This document shows, one piece after another, positions 10,727 to 21,623 of a stretch of 64,000 nt of DNA (within the stretch, counting starts at the first letter, position 1; each line of letters begins with the position of its first letter). This DNA comes from Sedimentisphaerales bacterium. GTDB taxonomy: Bacteria > Planctomycetota > Phycisphaerae > Sedimentisphaerales > SM23-30. The stretch is taken from contig CAXXFK010000022.1 of the NCBI GenBank assembly GCA_963663965.2, positions 37,622-101,621 on the forward strand. The letters run 5' to 3'. Both the position numbers and the translations under genes were made by a program. A model generated the notes under the pieces. That model saw only the letters and a program-made list of their open reading frames with translations, was not told the origin of the DNA and did not search any database.

Positions 10727-12604
10727 TTATTCCTGTTGAATGACATTTTGCATGAAGTAATGCATGTTGCCCATGTTGGCGACATAGATCTGGCGAACGC
10801 GTAATTCATCGCGCAGCAGGCGCGCTTCCATAATAGCAGGATTGATCGAGACGGCCATATCCGCATGCCACTTCGCAGAATTAATTTTACCATTGTCTTT
10901 GCTGATCATGGCCTGATTGTAATGAGCGGCCGCCAGTCTTTCGCGACTGTGCCATTGCATATTCTCACGGATACCCGTTACCAGACTATGGGCGTTGTTC
11001 AGCACGTTTTCGCCTTCGGCGTAATCGATTTCTTCTTTGATGATATGGGGGGTGATCAGGAAGATGACTTCCTCTTTGGTATTTTCATCGACGGTACTGC
11101 GGAAGAGCGAGCCGATCAAAGGCAGATTACCCGCCACTGGAATCTGTGAGCGGCCCAGGTTGGTGTTTTCACGGAACAATCCACCAATAACGATGGTATT
11201 GCCATCTTTCACCAGAATATTCGTGTCAACCTGAGTGGTGGTTTTTTCCGGGAGCGCAAACGAGCCTTTAACGACTACAGAACCGGAACTATCTTCAGGA
11301 TGCAATTCCATTCGAATATAACCATCATCCATGATAAAGGGGACAAAGCGAAGAATAGTACCGGTTTTGAGCATTTGTACGCTCTGGGTGGTTGTGGTGG
11401 TGGAGGTCTCCGTGGTAATATAACCTTCGTCGCGACCAACGCGGACTTCAGCCGGTTGACGGTTGAGAGTCAGCACTTTGGGATTGCCCAGGGTGACTGC
11501 ATCGTTGGTCGTTTCAATGGCGCGGATAAACATACCGATATTATTTTTAACAATACCGATATTGAGACCGGTATCGCTGACATTGCCACGGAAGGCGGTG
11601 CCGCCGCTGAAGGTTGTGCCATTTAAGGCCGTCGCGTCAGAAGGCACCCCATTCACAAAACCATTTACCCCCTGGAAATCAACGCCGCCCAGAACATCGA
11701 AATCGACGCCCAATTCATCTTTATCCGACAAAGTGACAACCAGAATGGTTGCCTCCACCAGAATCTGCGCGGGCCGACGATCCAGTTCTTTTAAAGCGAT
11801 CTCAACTTTTTCCAGGTATTCGGGATAATCCACGACAATCATGCAATTATTGCCGGCCCAGTTATCGCCGGTTTTTTCGGTGTCTTCGAATTTCGGCGTC
11901 GAGACAATGGCGCCGTTGGCGCTCAGTAATTTCGCGATCATTTTTTCGGCATCGACCGTTGAGATATAATTCAGACGAAAGACCCTGGTTTCGGTTTTGC
12001 GTTCGGCTTCTTTGATGATTTGGTATTCTTTATCGGTGTAGACATAGATAAACCCATCCTTTTTCTCATACGCATAACCGTTCGGCGGTAGTACGGCATC
12101 GAGTATCTGCTCGCAGGTAACATCAAACAAATTAACTGAAATCTGACCGGCCACTTGCCGTGTCGGGATAATATTGATATTGCAGGTAACGCTTAAAAAC
12201 CGGATGAAATCGACGACATCACCCTTGAAAACGACCGAAGGGAGGGTTCCGTCGGCTTGCATCGGCGCTACTTCCAGAATGGACTCGGTTTTTTCGGCCG
12301 GATTGGTGGCCATCGCATCCTGATTCTCTTCGGCAGCGATCTCGACAGTGGTATCCTGGGCATCCGCCGAGGCGTCCTGAGTGGCAGGAGGATAGACGTT
12401 ATTCGTTTCGGGATTATCGGCCAGTTCTTTCTGGACGGCCGATAAAACTTCTTCACGCATTTCAGAAGCATCATCCCCGGACATGTCAAAGGCCTGGCTG
12501 AGAATATTTTGAACTGTCGAGGAATCACCGGATTCGCCGAGCACGGGAATCGCACTGATTGCCAGAGTCGTTAACACTATCCAAAACAATTTGTTGTTGC
12601 GCAT
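10727..12604 (-). CDS. Secretin (GspD/PilQ family)
   Basis: Signal peptide, QILVEATIL, VKDGNTIVIGGL, IPVAGNLPLIGSLFR, VIFLITPHII. Confidence 0.9.
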   Translation of the reverse strand: MRNNKLFWIVLTTLAISAIPVLGESGDSSTVQNILSQAFDMSGDDASEMREEVLSAVQKELADNPETNNVYPPATQDASADAQDTTVEIAAEENQDAMATNPAEKTESILEVAPMQADGTLPSVVFKGDVVDFIRFLSVTCNINIIPTRQVAGQISVNLFDVTCEQILDAVLPPNGYAYEKKDGFIYVYTDKEYQIIKEAERKTETRVFRLNYISTVDAEKMIAKLLSANGAIVSTPKFEDTEKTGDNWAGNNCMIVVDYPEYLEKVEIALKELDRRPAQILVEATILVVTLSDKDELGVDFDVLGGVDFQGVNGFVNGVPSDATALNGTTFSGGTAFRGNVSDTGLNIGIVKNNIGMFIRAIETTNDAVTLGNPKVLTLNRQPAEVRVGRDEGYITTETSTTTTTQSVQMLKTGTILRFVPFIMDDGYIRMELHPEDSSGSVVVKGSFALPEKTTTQVDTNILVKDGNTIVIGGLFRENTNLGRSQIPVAGNLPLIGSLFRSTVDENTKEEVIFLITPHIIKEEIDYAEGENVLNNAHSLVTGIRENMQWHSRERLAAAHYNQAMISKDNGKINSAKWHADMAVSINPAIMEARLLRDELRVRQIYVANMGNMHYFMQNVIQQE

Positions 12605-12876
12605 TTCTATTCTCCTGAAATACTGCTGAGTTAGAGACTTCGATAATACTGAGAAGTCCTCTCACATCGTTTGTATCGTCTTTTCTACACTAACAATTCA
12701 TGATTAATACTCATCGGGTATCGATGATTCGGATTGCTTGCAAGCTAACTTTTTAGAATTAATATACTTATCTTATCGCGCGGCTGACAAAATCAGCCAT
12801 TCAACGGTATTATCCGGTATTATTTTCAATTAATTATCGCCGCTATAATCGTCAAAACCGTTACAAAAGACACTGG

Positions 12877-13455
12877 TCAGGGATTGACGACCACATTGCC
12901 TGTCACCGGTTCAACCTGAATCCGGGCGGTTTCACTACCGTTACGAAGCACAATGGCGCCACTTACCAGTGGGGTATTATCGATAATCGGACCGGCATAA
13001 GGTGCGCCCAGATAATCAAACCAAAGAACGGGACTGTCATCAAAACCGGCGCTATCAATAGTGATATTGGTGAAATGGGGATGGTTGTTAAAATCAATAG
13101 AAAAGAGGTGGCTGCTCGACCACTCAGCCACCTTATTAATCGGGTCGTTAACGATCGAGCCGTCAGCGTCCCGCATTTCAAACTTTTCGGTTACCTGGTC
13201 GACGACGATCTGGTAAGGTGTCTGCATCGTAATGGCAGCCGTCTGGGCATATCGAATCGTGGCTGCCATTTGCTCGGTTACTTCCAGCACTCTCAGTCCG
13301 CCGGCATGGGAGAACATTGGCACCACTAATAATCCGACGATTCCGACAATGATCATCACCATCATTAATTCGATAATCGTAAAACCAGCGAGATTGCGAT
13401 TCAAATCATATCGAACGGGTTTTCTAAGCAGGACAGGCATTCCCTGGGTATTCAT
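12877..13455 (-). CDS. Minor pseudopilin (GspH/FimT-like)
   Basis: Prepilin motif GFTIIELMMV. Start placed at ATG 13455 after GAGG. Confidence 0.8.
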   Translation of the reverse strand: MNTQGMPVLLRKPVRYDLNRNLAGFTIIELMMVMIIVGIVGLLVVPMFSHAGGLRVLEVTEQMAATIRYAQTAAITMQTPYQIVVDQVTEKFEMRDADGSIVNDPINKVAEWSSSHLFSIDFNNHPHFTNITIDSAGFDDSPVLWFDYLGAPYAGPIIDNTPLVSGAIVLRNGSETARIQVEPVTGNVVVNP

Positions 13456-13517
13456 TTGGCTAACCTCATAAAATTTCAATCAAAGAATAGATATCTGATC
13501 CAGGTTCCAAAGGCTGG

Positions 13518-13835
13518 TCAATTTTGAGGAGTGGCCGAGGGTTTGGTTTTGGCAGGGGGAGTTTTTTTATCAACCGGCGGCAGGACCTGAACCCGGACAT
13601 CTCCAGAAACCAGCAATTTCTGGATGGCGGCAACGGATTGATTCATATCATGGATGGCATCCAGAATCTGATTGAGTTGCTGGCCGGAATCGGGAATGGC
13701 GGCCTGGGCCCGGGGTTGTTCGAAGGGGGATTCAGTCCAGAGGGCTATCGTAATGAAGGAAAGCAGGATAGCGATTACCGTTAACAGGACACGGGTATAA
13801 TTATCAATTGTTGCGGTCATGGCGTGAGTCCTCAT
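13518..13835 (-). CDS. Small hypothetical membrane-anchored protein
   Basis: N-terminal hydrophobic helix; co-oriented within the pilin cluster. Confidence 0.6.
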   Translation of the reverse strand: MRTHAMTATIDNYTRVLLTVIAILLSFITIALWTESPFEQPRAQAAIPDSGQQLNQILDAIHDMNQSVAAIQKLLVSGDVRVQVLPPVDKKTPPAKTKPSATPQN

Positions 13836-14047
13836 TTAGAGATTATGCATTCATTCAGCTTTGCCATTATTAATCTATTATCGCCTATCGGAGGATGTCA
13901 GTTCACCAGAGAATTGCAGGACTCCGGTATCCGGGGCAGGAAATCCGGCCTGAGTTTGCCGGCATCGGGGTGTTTATGAATGGATTATGTGAAAAGTGAT
14001 CATAAGCGCCATAGCAATACGAGGCTTTTGACACGGAATATTCAAAA

Positions 14048-14545
14048 TTAAAATTCGAAATAATCGGTTCCCTGGGTATCTGAACCAATCGAATCGGAAC
14101 AGATAATATTGTCAGCCGGGATATAGATCCAGCCAAAGTTATCGGTCGCAGCGTCAGGAATGACATCGACCACCAGAACGGTATCTTTGCTGTTAATGGG
14201 ATTTTTTGGCATGCGAGAGAGATAGGGGCCATAGCAGAATTCGAGGGTTTTGGCATTGTTGGTTTGCCCCAGTTGATTGGAATAATTTGTCAACTGAGAG
14301 ACAAAGAGATCGGCGTCCAGGTTACCGCCATTATCGACCCCCGGCGAGCTATCCAGATGCTGGGCCCGGAATATACCAATTTGAGTCCGTAAAATTCTGA
14401 GATTTTCTTTGAGCATATTATCACGCGATTCCTGAGACGCAGTTGAAACCTGAGGCAGGACGATTGCAGCCAGGATACCTAAGATAACGACAACTATCAT
14501 TAATTCAACCAGTGTAAATCCAACCATACGCCGATGTTTCATCAT
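14048..14545 (-). CDS. GspG/PilA-like pilin (paralog 2)
   Basis: GFTLVELMIVVVILGILAAIVLP and YGPYL...P.NP. Start moved to 14545 because the ORF-track start lies inside a terminator hairpin. Confidence 0.85.
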   Translation of the reverse strand: MMKHRRMVGFTLVELMIVVVILGILAAIVLPQVSTASQESRDNMLKENLRILRTQIGIFRAQHLDSSPGVDNGGNLDADLFVSQLTNYSNQLGQTNNAKTLEFCYGPYLSRMPKNPINSKDTVLVVDVIPDAATDNFGWIYIPADNIICSDSIGSDTQGTDYFEF

Positions 14546-14644
14546 CGATGCAACCCGTCCCTTCGATTGTAACCGGCCTTGGGAGCCAGTATTAAAGTAA
14601 TGATGTTTTTTAATTTTAATCTGCATGCTAACTTGTTTCGTGTT

Positions 14645-14676
14645 AAAAGGCGGCAGCATCCAGGGATGCTGCCGCC
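14645..14676 (-). terminator. Intrinsic terminator after the major pilin gene
   Basis: Perfect inverted repeat GGCGGCAGCATCC/GGATGCTGCCGCC with a U-tail on the minus strand. Confidence 0.8.
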
Positions 14677-14719
14677 ATAGCTATTTAGACCAGCTAAGCT
14701 CAAATTATGTAACTTAGGA

Positions 14720-15196
14720 TTAGTAATCGATATGGTCGGCAGTGCCATTGCCATCCAGGTCGGTGGCATCATCAGGAGCAATCTGGCCGGTATTGGTATC
14801 AAACACCCATTGGGCCGTGCCGGCGCCGGCATTGGCTATATCGTCAAAGCGAACAGCAGGTAAACCGGGAGAAAAAGGATTGCTTGGGAACTTGTTGAAA
14901 TAGGGGCCGTAGCCATTAGCATCTGCAGCATGGGCTTCATCGGTTTTGGTCGTCATGCGAGTAACGAAACCGGCGGCATCCGTACCGACATCCGGATATT
15001 CATCCAGGTGTTGGACCTTGTACAATTCCAGTTGCGAACGTAGCGTTTGTAAACTGCTTGTCAAAGATGAATCACGCGCTTCATTGGAAGCATCGGTAAA
15101 CTGCGGGATAATGATTGCCGCCAGAATACCCAGAATGATCACAACGATCAAAATTTCAACCAATGTAAAACCTTTTTTGCTGATACGATTTCTCAT
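14720..15196 (-). CDS. GspG/PilA-like major pilin
   Basis: GGAGG RBS; KKGFTLVEILIVVIILGILAAIIIP; has its own terminator. Confidence 0.88.
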   Translation of the reverse strand: MRNRISKKGFTLVEILIVVIILGILAAIIIPQFTDASNEARDSSLTSSLQTLRSQLELYKVQHLDEYPDVGTDAAGFVTRMTTKTDEAHAADANGYGPYFNKFPSNPFSPGLPAVRFDDIANAGAGTAQWVFDTNTGQIAPDDATDLDGNGTADHIDY

Positions 15197-16491
15197 TTCG
15201 TAAACCTCCGGCGGCTGAGCCGCCAAAATTGCCTAATTTTGTTGTAAAACCTTCTACTAAATTTTCAATACTTTCTGCCCAATCACTTTATTGGGTGGGG
15301 AGCTTATAACTGATTGTGCTTGCCGGCCATCGAATACGTTTGATTATTTTGTGAAGTAATTTCATGTTCTATTCCATTTCAAAGTGACATTGTGTTATTT
15401 AAAATATTCACAACCCAACTCTAAAATTCAAAAATCAACCAGGCAAAAAATACTTTCCTATTTTTCCAGTTTTTTCTATATTCTCAAGAGCGGCAGGTTT
15501 ACCTGATTGAAATAACCGGATTAGTTTAACAGGGATTGGATGATGATTGGCTGCAGCGAATAAAAAACAAGCGAATTATCGGTATAAGTGTCTGTAAAAA
15601 AATGGGTAATGTGGATTTGTCGATTGGATAGCCGATGGTTTTCAGAGCGCGTTATTAAGCATGGAGGCGTTGAGAAGGAGACATAGATTAAAAATTTCGC
15701 AGAAATACAGGAAACCGAATATTGAGGCATATTTTCAGGTTTAATACATTTAAGCCTTTAAGAGGTACAAAGTTATTTGAAAGTATTGAGATAATATGGA
15801 ATAAAATTCTTATTATACCATCGGGTAAAGAAATATCCGGTTGCTTGCAAGCTAAGATTCTGCTTATAAAAGATTTATTTCACAACCAAGCAGGTATAAT
15901 CAATAGTTAATGATATAAAAGGGCAGTAAACCTTTGCAGGCAAAATTGGAGAGATGATAAGTAAGGAGTTTTTTGATATTGAGTGAAGAGTTAAAGAAAA
16001 ATAATTATCAGTGACAAAATTGAATATGGGCTAACATTAATATCTATACTATTTTAGCCATACAATACAAAAATGGGCGAGGGTAATTTATCCGCCCAGA
16101 TACCGATTGATTCAGTTAAAACTGAATTAATCTTGTTATTAAGTTTTTATAAATCGCGTATTAAGCGATCAATTCACGTAGTAAGCAATAGCTTGATGGT
16201 AGAAAGTAACCAGTCACATTATCCAAAATTAAACGAGAAATTGTGAGATTTTCGAGAAATCGGCCAAGTCCGTTATTAATACTATTTGGTGAGATCAGGG
16301 ATATAATATAATAGCCGTATGATTCATAACCGATTAATTTTTCAAGAAATACGGGATTGAAGCTGAACTGAAGATACGCAATTTGGCTAGAAAAAAATTA
16401 AATATGGCGTTTTGTCTGATGGGACAGTGATATATAATTTAATATCAGGTCATTAGAATTTGATGAATATCTAAACAGGAGAACAAAACTT

Positions 16492-17409
16492 ATGAAACAG
16501 CATTTCACAAAAAAGGCATTTACCTTGATAGAACTGCTGGTGGTGGTTTCAATTATTGCATTACTGGTAGCGATATTAATGCCGGCCCTTGGTAAAGCGC
16601 GAGAACAGGCCAGACGTACGGTTTGTTCGATGAATGTCAAGGCTATTGGCATGGGCCATATCATGTATGCCAATGATGATGAAAAAGGGATATTACCATT
16701 AAAGACAGGAGTACCAGGTTCAGCCGGCGGCTGGCTCTGGGACATCAGTTATGCCACTACTGATTATATTATCAAAAAGTCTGGTGGAGACCGTGATACC
16801 TTCTATTGTCCTTCAGAGCTTGGAAAACTGGATGATATAATTCCCTGGCGATACTCAGAGGCATGGAACAACAGGGCTAATGTGGAACAGTATTTTGCCG
16901 CAAATCCTCAGGAGCCTACCGCTATAGACAGGAATACCTATTACCGGGTAGGCGGTTACGTTATTCTGGTGGACTGGCAATATCCAAGTGCAAGTAAGCC
17001 TCCAGTCAGATGGAAAGACAGCGCGTGGGAACCAGAGACAAGCTGGGTGCATTGGTGGAATCCGACTACGGGTGCTTTGAATCCTGGTTATTTTAAGCTG
17101 GCGAGAAAGAGTACCGAGAAACGCAGTGCGGAAAAAGAACTCATCGCAGACGCTACGTTGTGTACGGCGCCTGTGCCAACTACTCGTGAACAGAATTTTA
17201 CTAAAGTGGAAGGTGGCTTATATAGTGCTTTTGGCAGATATGATCGTACCAATCATTTGAATGGCGACAAGCCTTCTGGCGGTAATATTGGTTTTCTGGA
17301 TGGCCACGTTGAATGGCGTAATTTTGGAACAGGTAATACAAGTGATTTTACTGATGGCAGTAATAAGATGCTGGCTCGCTGGAGATATGGTCCCTGCTTC
17401 TGGTGGTAA
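16492..17409 (+). CDS. Prepilin-type N-terminal cleavage / H-X9-DG domain protein (planctomycete DUF1559-like)
   Basis: [26 protein letters not shown]-terminal NH...[19 protein letters not shown]. Confidence 0.88.
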   Translation: MKQHFTKKAFTLIELLVVVSIIALLVAILMPALGKAREQARRTVCSMNVKAIGMGHIMYANDDEKGILPLKTGVPGSAGGWLWDISYATTDYIIKKSGGDRDTFYCPSELGKLDDIIPWRYSEAWNNRANVEQYFAANPQEPTAIDRNTYYRVGGYVILVDWQYPSASKPPVRWKDSAWEPETSWVHWWNPTTGALNPGYFKLARKSTEKRSAEKELIADATLCTAPVPTTREQNFTKVEGGLYSAFGRYDRTNHLNGDKPSGGNIGFLDGHVEWRNFGTGNTSDFTDGSNKMLARWRYGPCFWW

Positions 17410-17433
17410 ACTGTTAATGTGAATTAAGAATTC

Positions 17434-17465
17434 AAAGGCGAAATTATATTGATTTCGCCTTTTTT
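17434..17465 (+). terminator. Intrinsic terminator
   Basis: AAAGGCGAAAT...ATTTCGCCTTTTTT. Confidence 0.75.
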
Positions 17466-17598
17466 AATTGGTTATTTGGGAATACATTTTTGCTATTTAT
17501 ACCAGAAGTTACATTTGTGGAATATTAATGAATATTCCAGTTTATTGTTGATATGCCGATTGGTGTGCCCACATAGTAAAAATTCTGTTTGAATGATG

Positions 17599-17627
17599 TT
17601 GACAGGTCCGGGAGTAATCGCTACACT
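17599..17627 (+). promoter_or_regulatory. Sigma70-type promoter upstream of dnaA
   Basis: TTGACA-17 nt-TACACT. Confidence 0.6.
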
Positions 17628-17898
17628 TTAGGCACGATCCTGGTTTGGATCGTAATGACGGTTAGTATTTGTACTTATCGAAGTGCAAATATTTATTTTT
17701 TAAAAGTGAAATTCAAGCTTACGCTATAGATACATCGCCGGCATGGAATGCCGGTATAAGTGACACCAATCGGGATGGATCCCAGTTAGAGAGGCTCTGT
17801 CTGATGAGGCGTGAAATAGGCTTATCAGACAGGATGGCAAACACATCATTGAGAGACCTGTAGAGACATAGCATCAGCGGTTTTGCTGTGAAAGGGAT

Positions 17899-19242
17899 AT
17901 GCGATTGGCAGATGTACTTACCGATATCTGGGACAAAACATTGCGTTTATTTCAGCAAACGCATAGCGAATTCTGGCGAAACTGGTTTGAGCATCTGGAG
18001 CCGATGGGTTTGGAAAACGGCACATTTCGGATCGGGGTACCGGATCGTCACTGGTTACAGTATTTGCGCCAGAATTGCCGGACAGGTTTTCAAGAGGCTG
18101 CCCAGCGAATTACCGGTTATCTGGTGGGCATTGAATATGTCCTTACTGATGAAGAGTCTAATGTTCAGGAAGCCTGTGACGCTCCGCGTTTTGATCAGGA
18201 CATGATCTATTTCAACCCGGATTATACCTTCAATAATTTTGTGGTGGGGTCCTGTAACCGGCTGGCTCATGCCGCCAGTATCGCCGTGAGTGAAAATCCG
18301 GGTGTGGTGTATAATCCACTGTTTATCCATGGTTCGGTTGGATTGGGCAAGACCCATCTGATGCAGGCGACCTGTCAAACCCTGATGCGAACCGGCGGGC
18401 ATAGTCAGATTCTGTATATGACCTGCGAAACGTTTGTTAACGATTTCATTCGAGCGGTTGAACAAGGGAAATTATACGACTTCCGCTATAAATATCGCTG
18501 TGTTGACGCACTGGTGATCGATGATGTGCAGTTTTTGTCTGAGCGGGAAAGCTCCCAGGAGGAGTTTTTTCATACGTTTAACAGCCTGTATCAGGCACGA
18601 AAACAGATCATTTTATCGGCGGATTGTTCGCCGGCGGAAATTCCCAAGCTGGAAAACCGGCTGGTCAGTCGATTTAACCAGGGATTGGTAACCCGAATCG
18701 ACAAGCCCAGTTTCGAAACGCGTATGGCGATATTATATAAAAAGGCGGCCTTGCGCGGCATTGAACCGCCTGATGATGTGATCAATTTTATCGCTCGAAA
18801 AATTGATAATAATACCAGGGAGCTGGAAGGCGCATTAACCAAAGTGTATGGACTGGCTATGCTGGAAGGAGGCGCTATTACGCTCGAACTGGCGCGTCAG
18901 GCGCTGGGGGAAGAGCCGGTGGCGGCTGCCAGTCAGGTGACGATATCGCAGATTATCGACACGGTGACGGATCGTTTTAATGTTCGTCTCAGTGACTTGC
19001 AAGGGAAGCGAAGGAGCCGCAGCATCGCGTTTCCAAGACAGATCTGCATGTTTCTGGCGCGTGATCTGACCCGTTTGAGTCTGGAAGAGATTGGCGGTCA
19101 TTTTGGCGGGCGGGACCATACGACCGTTTTACACGCGTATCGGAACATCGATAATTTGTGTGATAATGACGTGCAGGTCCGGCATATGGTGAATGATCTG
19201 GTGGGGAATCTGACCCGAAACGGGCAGAAGCTTGGATTGTAA
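17899..19242 (+). CDS. dnaA: Chromosomal replication initiator DnaA
   Basis: NPLFIHGSVGLGKTHL, IDDVQFL, QEEFFHTFN, IGGHFGGRDHTTVLHA. Confidence 0.97.
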   Translation: MRLADVLTDIWDKTLRLFQQTHSEFWRNWFEHLEPMGLENGTFRIGVPDRHWLQYLRQNCRTGFQEAAQRITGYLVGIEYVLTDEESNVQEACDAPRFDQDMIYFNPDYTFNNFVVGSCNRLAHAASIAVSENPGVVYNPLFIHGSVGLGKTHLMQATCQTLMRTGGHSQILYMTCETFVNDFIRAVEQGKLYDFRYKYRCVDALVIDDVQFLSERESSQEEFFHTFNSLYQARKQIILSADCSPAEIPKLENRLVSRFNQGLVTRIDKPSFETRMAILYKKAALRGIEPPDDVINFIARKIDNNTRELEGALTKVYGLAMLEGGAITLELARQALGEEPVAAASQVTISQIIDTVTDRFNVRLSDLQGKRRSRSIAFPRQICMFLARDLTRLSLEEIGGHFGGRDHTTVLHAYRNIDNLCDNDVQVRHMVNDLVGNLTRNGQKLGL

Positions 19243-19431
19243 GGGACTATAGCCGGTGAAAATCCGGCAACTCACGGATTTGTGAGAGCGGGGTCGCAAT
19301 AAATCTGAATTTCAGTACGTTGTTATTAAGCAAACTGCAGGAATATCATTGCGATCCGGTTTTCAGGTCGTAGATGATCCTGTTGGTGATACTGAGAATA
19401 TGATAAGGCGCAAATCCAAAGAGGGCCAGCT

Positions 19432-20745
19432 ATGATTAAACCCAGTCGACGCAAATTTCTGGTAAAGGCAATTGCCAGTTCAGTTGTTCCCTATGTCATT
19501 CCGGGTATTGTTCGGGCAGATCAGAAGGATAGTTTTGCCCCATCCAATCGTCTGGCCATGGGAGTCATTGGCGTCGGTGATCAGGGTGTCAGAAATTTGA
19601 GGAATTTTCTGGGACAGCGTGATGTCCAGGTTGTGGCCGTGTGCGATGTGAATCGTGAACGGCGGGACCGGGCCTGTCAGTTAATTAATCAGTCGAATGG
19701 AAATCAGGATTGTCAGACGTATCAGGATTTTCGCGAATTGCTGGCCAGGCGCGATATTGATATCCTATTGAGCGCGACTGGGGATCGATGGCACACACTG
19801 GTGGCCATGCACGCCGCCAAGGCAGGCAAGGATATTTACAGCGAAAAACCGGTATCCATGACCATTGCAGAAGGGCGCGCGCTGGCTGATACGATTGCAC
19901 GTTATGGCCGGATATTTCAATGCGGAACCCATCGACGCAGTATGCAGCCATTTGCCTTTGCCGTTCATGCGGCGCGTGCCGGTAAAATAGGAAGATTAAA
20001 GACCTTGCGGTGTTATACCAATGCGATTCAGCCCAGTCAGAATCTCAGGCCCCAGGCGGTTCCTGAGGGATTGGATTTTGATATGTGGCTGGGGCCGGTC
20101 ATGGAAACACCTTACGATCCCTGGTTGATTGGCGTGGGCTGGCGCTTCAGTTACCGTTTTTCAGGCGGCTCGCTGACCGATTGGGGGTCTCATACTGTCG
20201 ACTTGTGCCAGTGGGCGCATAATAGCGACCTGAGCGGTCCCAGAGAATTTGAAGGGTGGGCTGAGTTTCCTAAGGACGGCTTCTGGGATACGCCCATGCG
20301 ATATCGGGTGACAGCAACCTATGATGATGGGGTTCAGATTGTTTGTCATGACCGTAAAACCCGCGAGCACTGGCCGATTGAAGATGGGCAACTGGCGGTG
20401 AAATTTGAAGGCGAAGAAGGCTGGGTGTATGCTGACGATAGCGGCTTAGTTCTGGCTGAGCCGGCTTCGTTGATACGTGACCGATCCTTTCAGCGGGGCG
20501 CCTGGTTCCATGATATCAACTGGCAGGGTCATCATCGAGATTTCATAGACAGCGCCAAAACACGTCAGCCTACGATCGCTCCGGCAGAAACCGCTCATCG
20601 TTCGATGACCATCTGTCACGTTGCCAATTTATGTCTGCAATTGGATCGGAAGCTGATTTGGAATCCCGAAACCGAATCGTTTGAGAACGATTTACAAGCC
20701 ACCCGCTCAATAAATCGTGCCATGCGGAGCCCCTGGCGGCTATAA
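19432..20745 (+). CDS. Gfo/Idh/MocA oxidoreductase with Tat-like signal
   Basis: SRRKFL, GVIGVG, DIYSEKP, DWGSHTVD. Confidence 0.9.
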   Translation: MIKPSRRKFLVKAIASSVVPYVIPGIVRADQKDSFAPSNRLAMGVIGVGDQGVRNLRNFLGQRDVQVVAVCDVNRERRDRACQLINQSNGNQDCQTYQDFRELLARRDIDILLSATGDRWHTLVAMHAAKAGKDIYSEKPVSMTIAEGRALADTIARYGRIFQCGTHRRSMQPFAFAVHAARAGKIGRLKTLRCYTNAIQPSQNLRPQAVPEGLDFDMWLGPVMETPYDPWLIGVGWRFSYRFSGGSLTDWGSHTVDLCQWAHNSDLSGPREFEGWAEFPKDGFWDTPMRYRVTATYDDGVQIVCHDRKTREHWPIEDGQLAVKFEGEEGWVYADDSGLVLAEPASLIRDRSFQRGAWFHDINWQGHHRDFIDSAKTRQPTIAPAETAHRSMTICHVANLCLQLDRKLIWNPETESFENDLQATRSINRAMRSPWRL

Positions 20746-20765
20746 CAATTGCCTGATCCAGGATT

Positions 20766-21491
20766 CTAGCTGGTTCGATTAACTGCCCGGCGAATTTTAT
20801 TGAGTTCGTTGATGATTTTGAGTGATTCATGAGCCGGCTTTACACGGCTATCGGGGTCGCAGGTCCAGTCGATGACAAATTCTTTGATGGTATACCCACA
20901 TTTGAGGGCTCGCAAGATCACTTCGATATCGATCATGAAGCCATCGGTAATACAGGCTCCATAAATCTCCCGGGCGATCTGGCCTCGATAGATTTTGAAG
21001 CCGCATTGAGTGTCCGTAAGTTGAGAGGGGATTCCCATGGCTTTATGCACAAAGGATCGAAACAGTTCAGAACAGACCCGACGGTAGAACGATTGCTGGC
21101 GAGCAATTCGCTTGCGATCGATTTTTCGAGAGCCATGTGCGATATCACACTGGCCGGATTGTATCATTTCGATACCGCAGAGTATTTCTTCGTATGGGAC
21201 ACACATGCCACTGTCGGCAAAAGCGGCAAACTGTCCTGTCGTTTGTGAAAATCCCTGTCGCAAGGCAAAACCTTTGCCATGATGACCCCGGTCGGTGGCA
21301 ATAATGACTGGATTTGCCGTCTGAGTCGCCGTTTGGCGGGCGATATCGACCGTATTGTCCGAACTGCCGTCATCAGCGATAATGATTTCGCCTTCGATAG
21401 CCTGGTAACTCAGAAACCTGTCCGCAGACTCTATGTCTCTGGCGATTTTATTCGCTTCATTATAGGCGGGTATGACGATACTGAGATCCAT
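20766..21491 (-). CDS. Glycosyltransferase family 2 (dolichyl-phosphate glucosyltransferase-like)
   Basis: LSIVIPAYNE, DDGSSD, GKG, DTQCGFK. Confidence 0.88.
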   Translation of the reverse strand: MDLSIVIPAYNEANKIARDIESADRFLSYQAIEGEIIIADDGSSDNTVDIARQTATQTANPVIIATDRGHHGKGFALRQGFSQTTGQFAAFADSGMCVPYEEILCGIEMIQSGQCDIAHGSRKIDRKRIARQQSFYRRVCSELFRSFVHKAMGIPSQLTDTQCGFKIYRGQIAREIYGACITDGFMIDIEVILRALKCGYTIKEFVIDWTCDPDSRVKPAHESLKIINELNKIRRAVNRTS

Positions 21492-21623
21492 GGATTAAAA
21501 GGAATTATATATGACTCTGACTAGATGCCGAAAGGAAAAAATAAAGGTGTTGGGGATATGGAATCATTTTAAATAGTAAAACAGCATCTTGAACAGAGCA
21601 TCAATATGAAATATGAGATCATT

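Noticed and set aside
15197..16491. c-di-GMP riboswitch or small genes upstream of the pilins
   Set aside because: No GEMM core recognisable; the short ORFs lack RBS and protein-like composition.
17800..17832. Hammerhead ribozyme (CTGATGAG...GAAA)
   Set aside because: No room for stem II, and CTGATGAG is itself paired in a simple hairpin.
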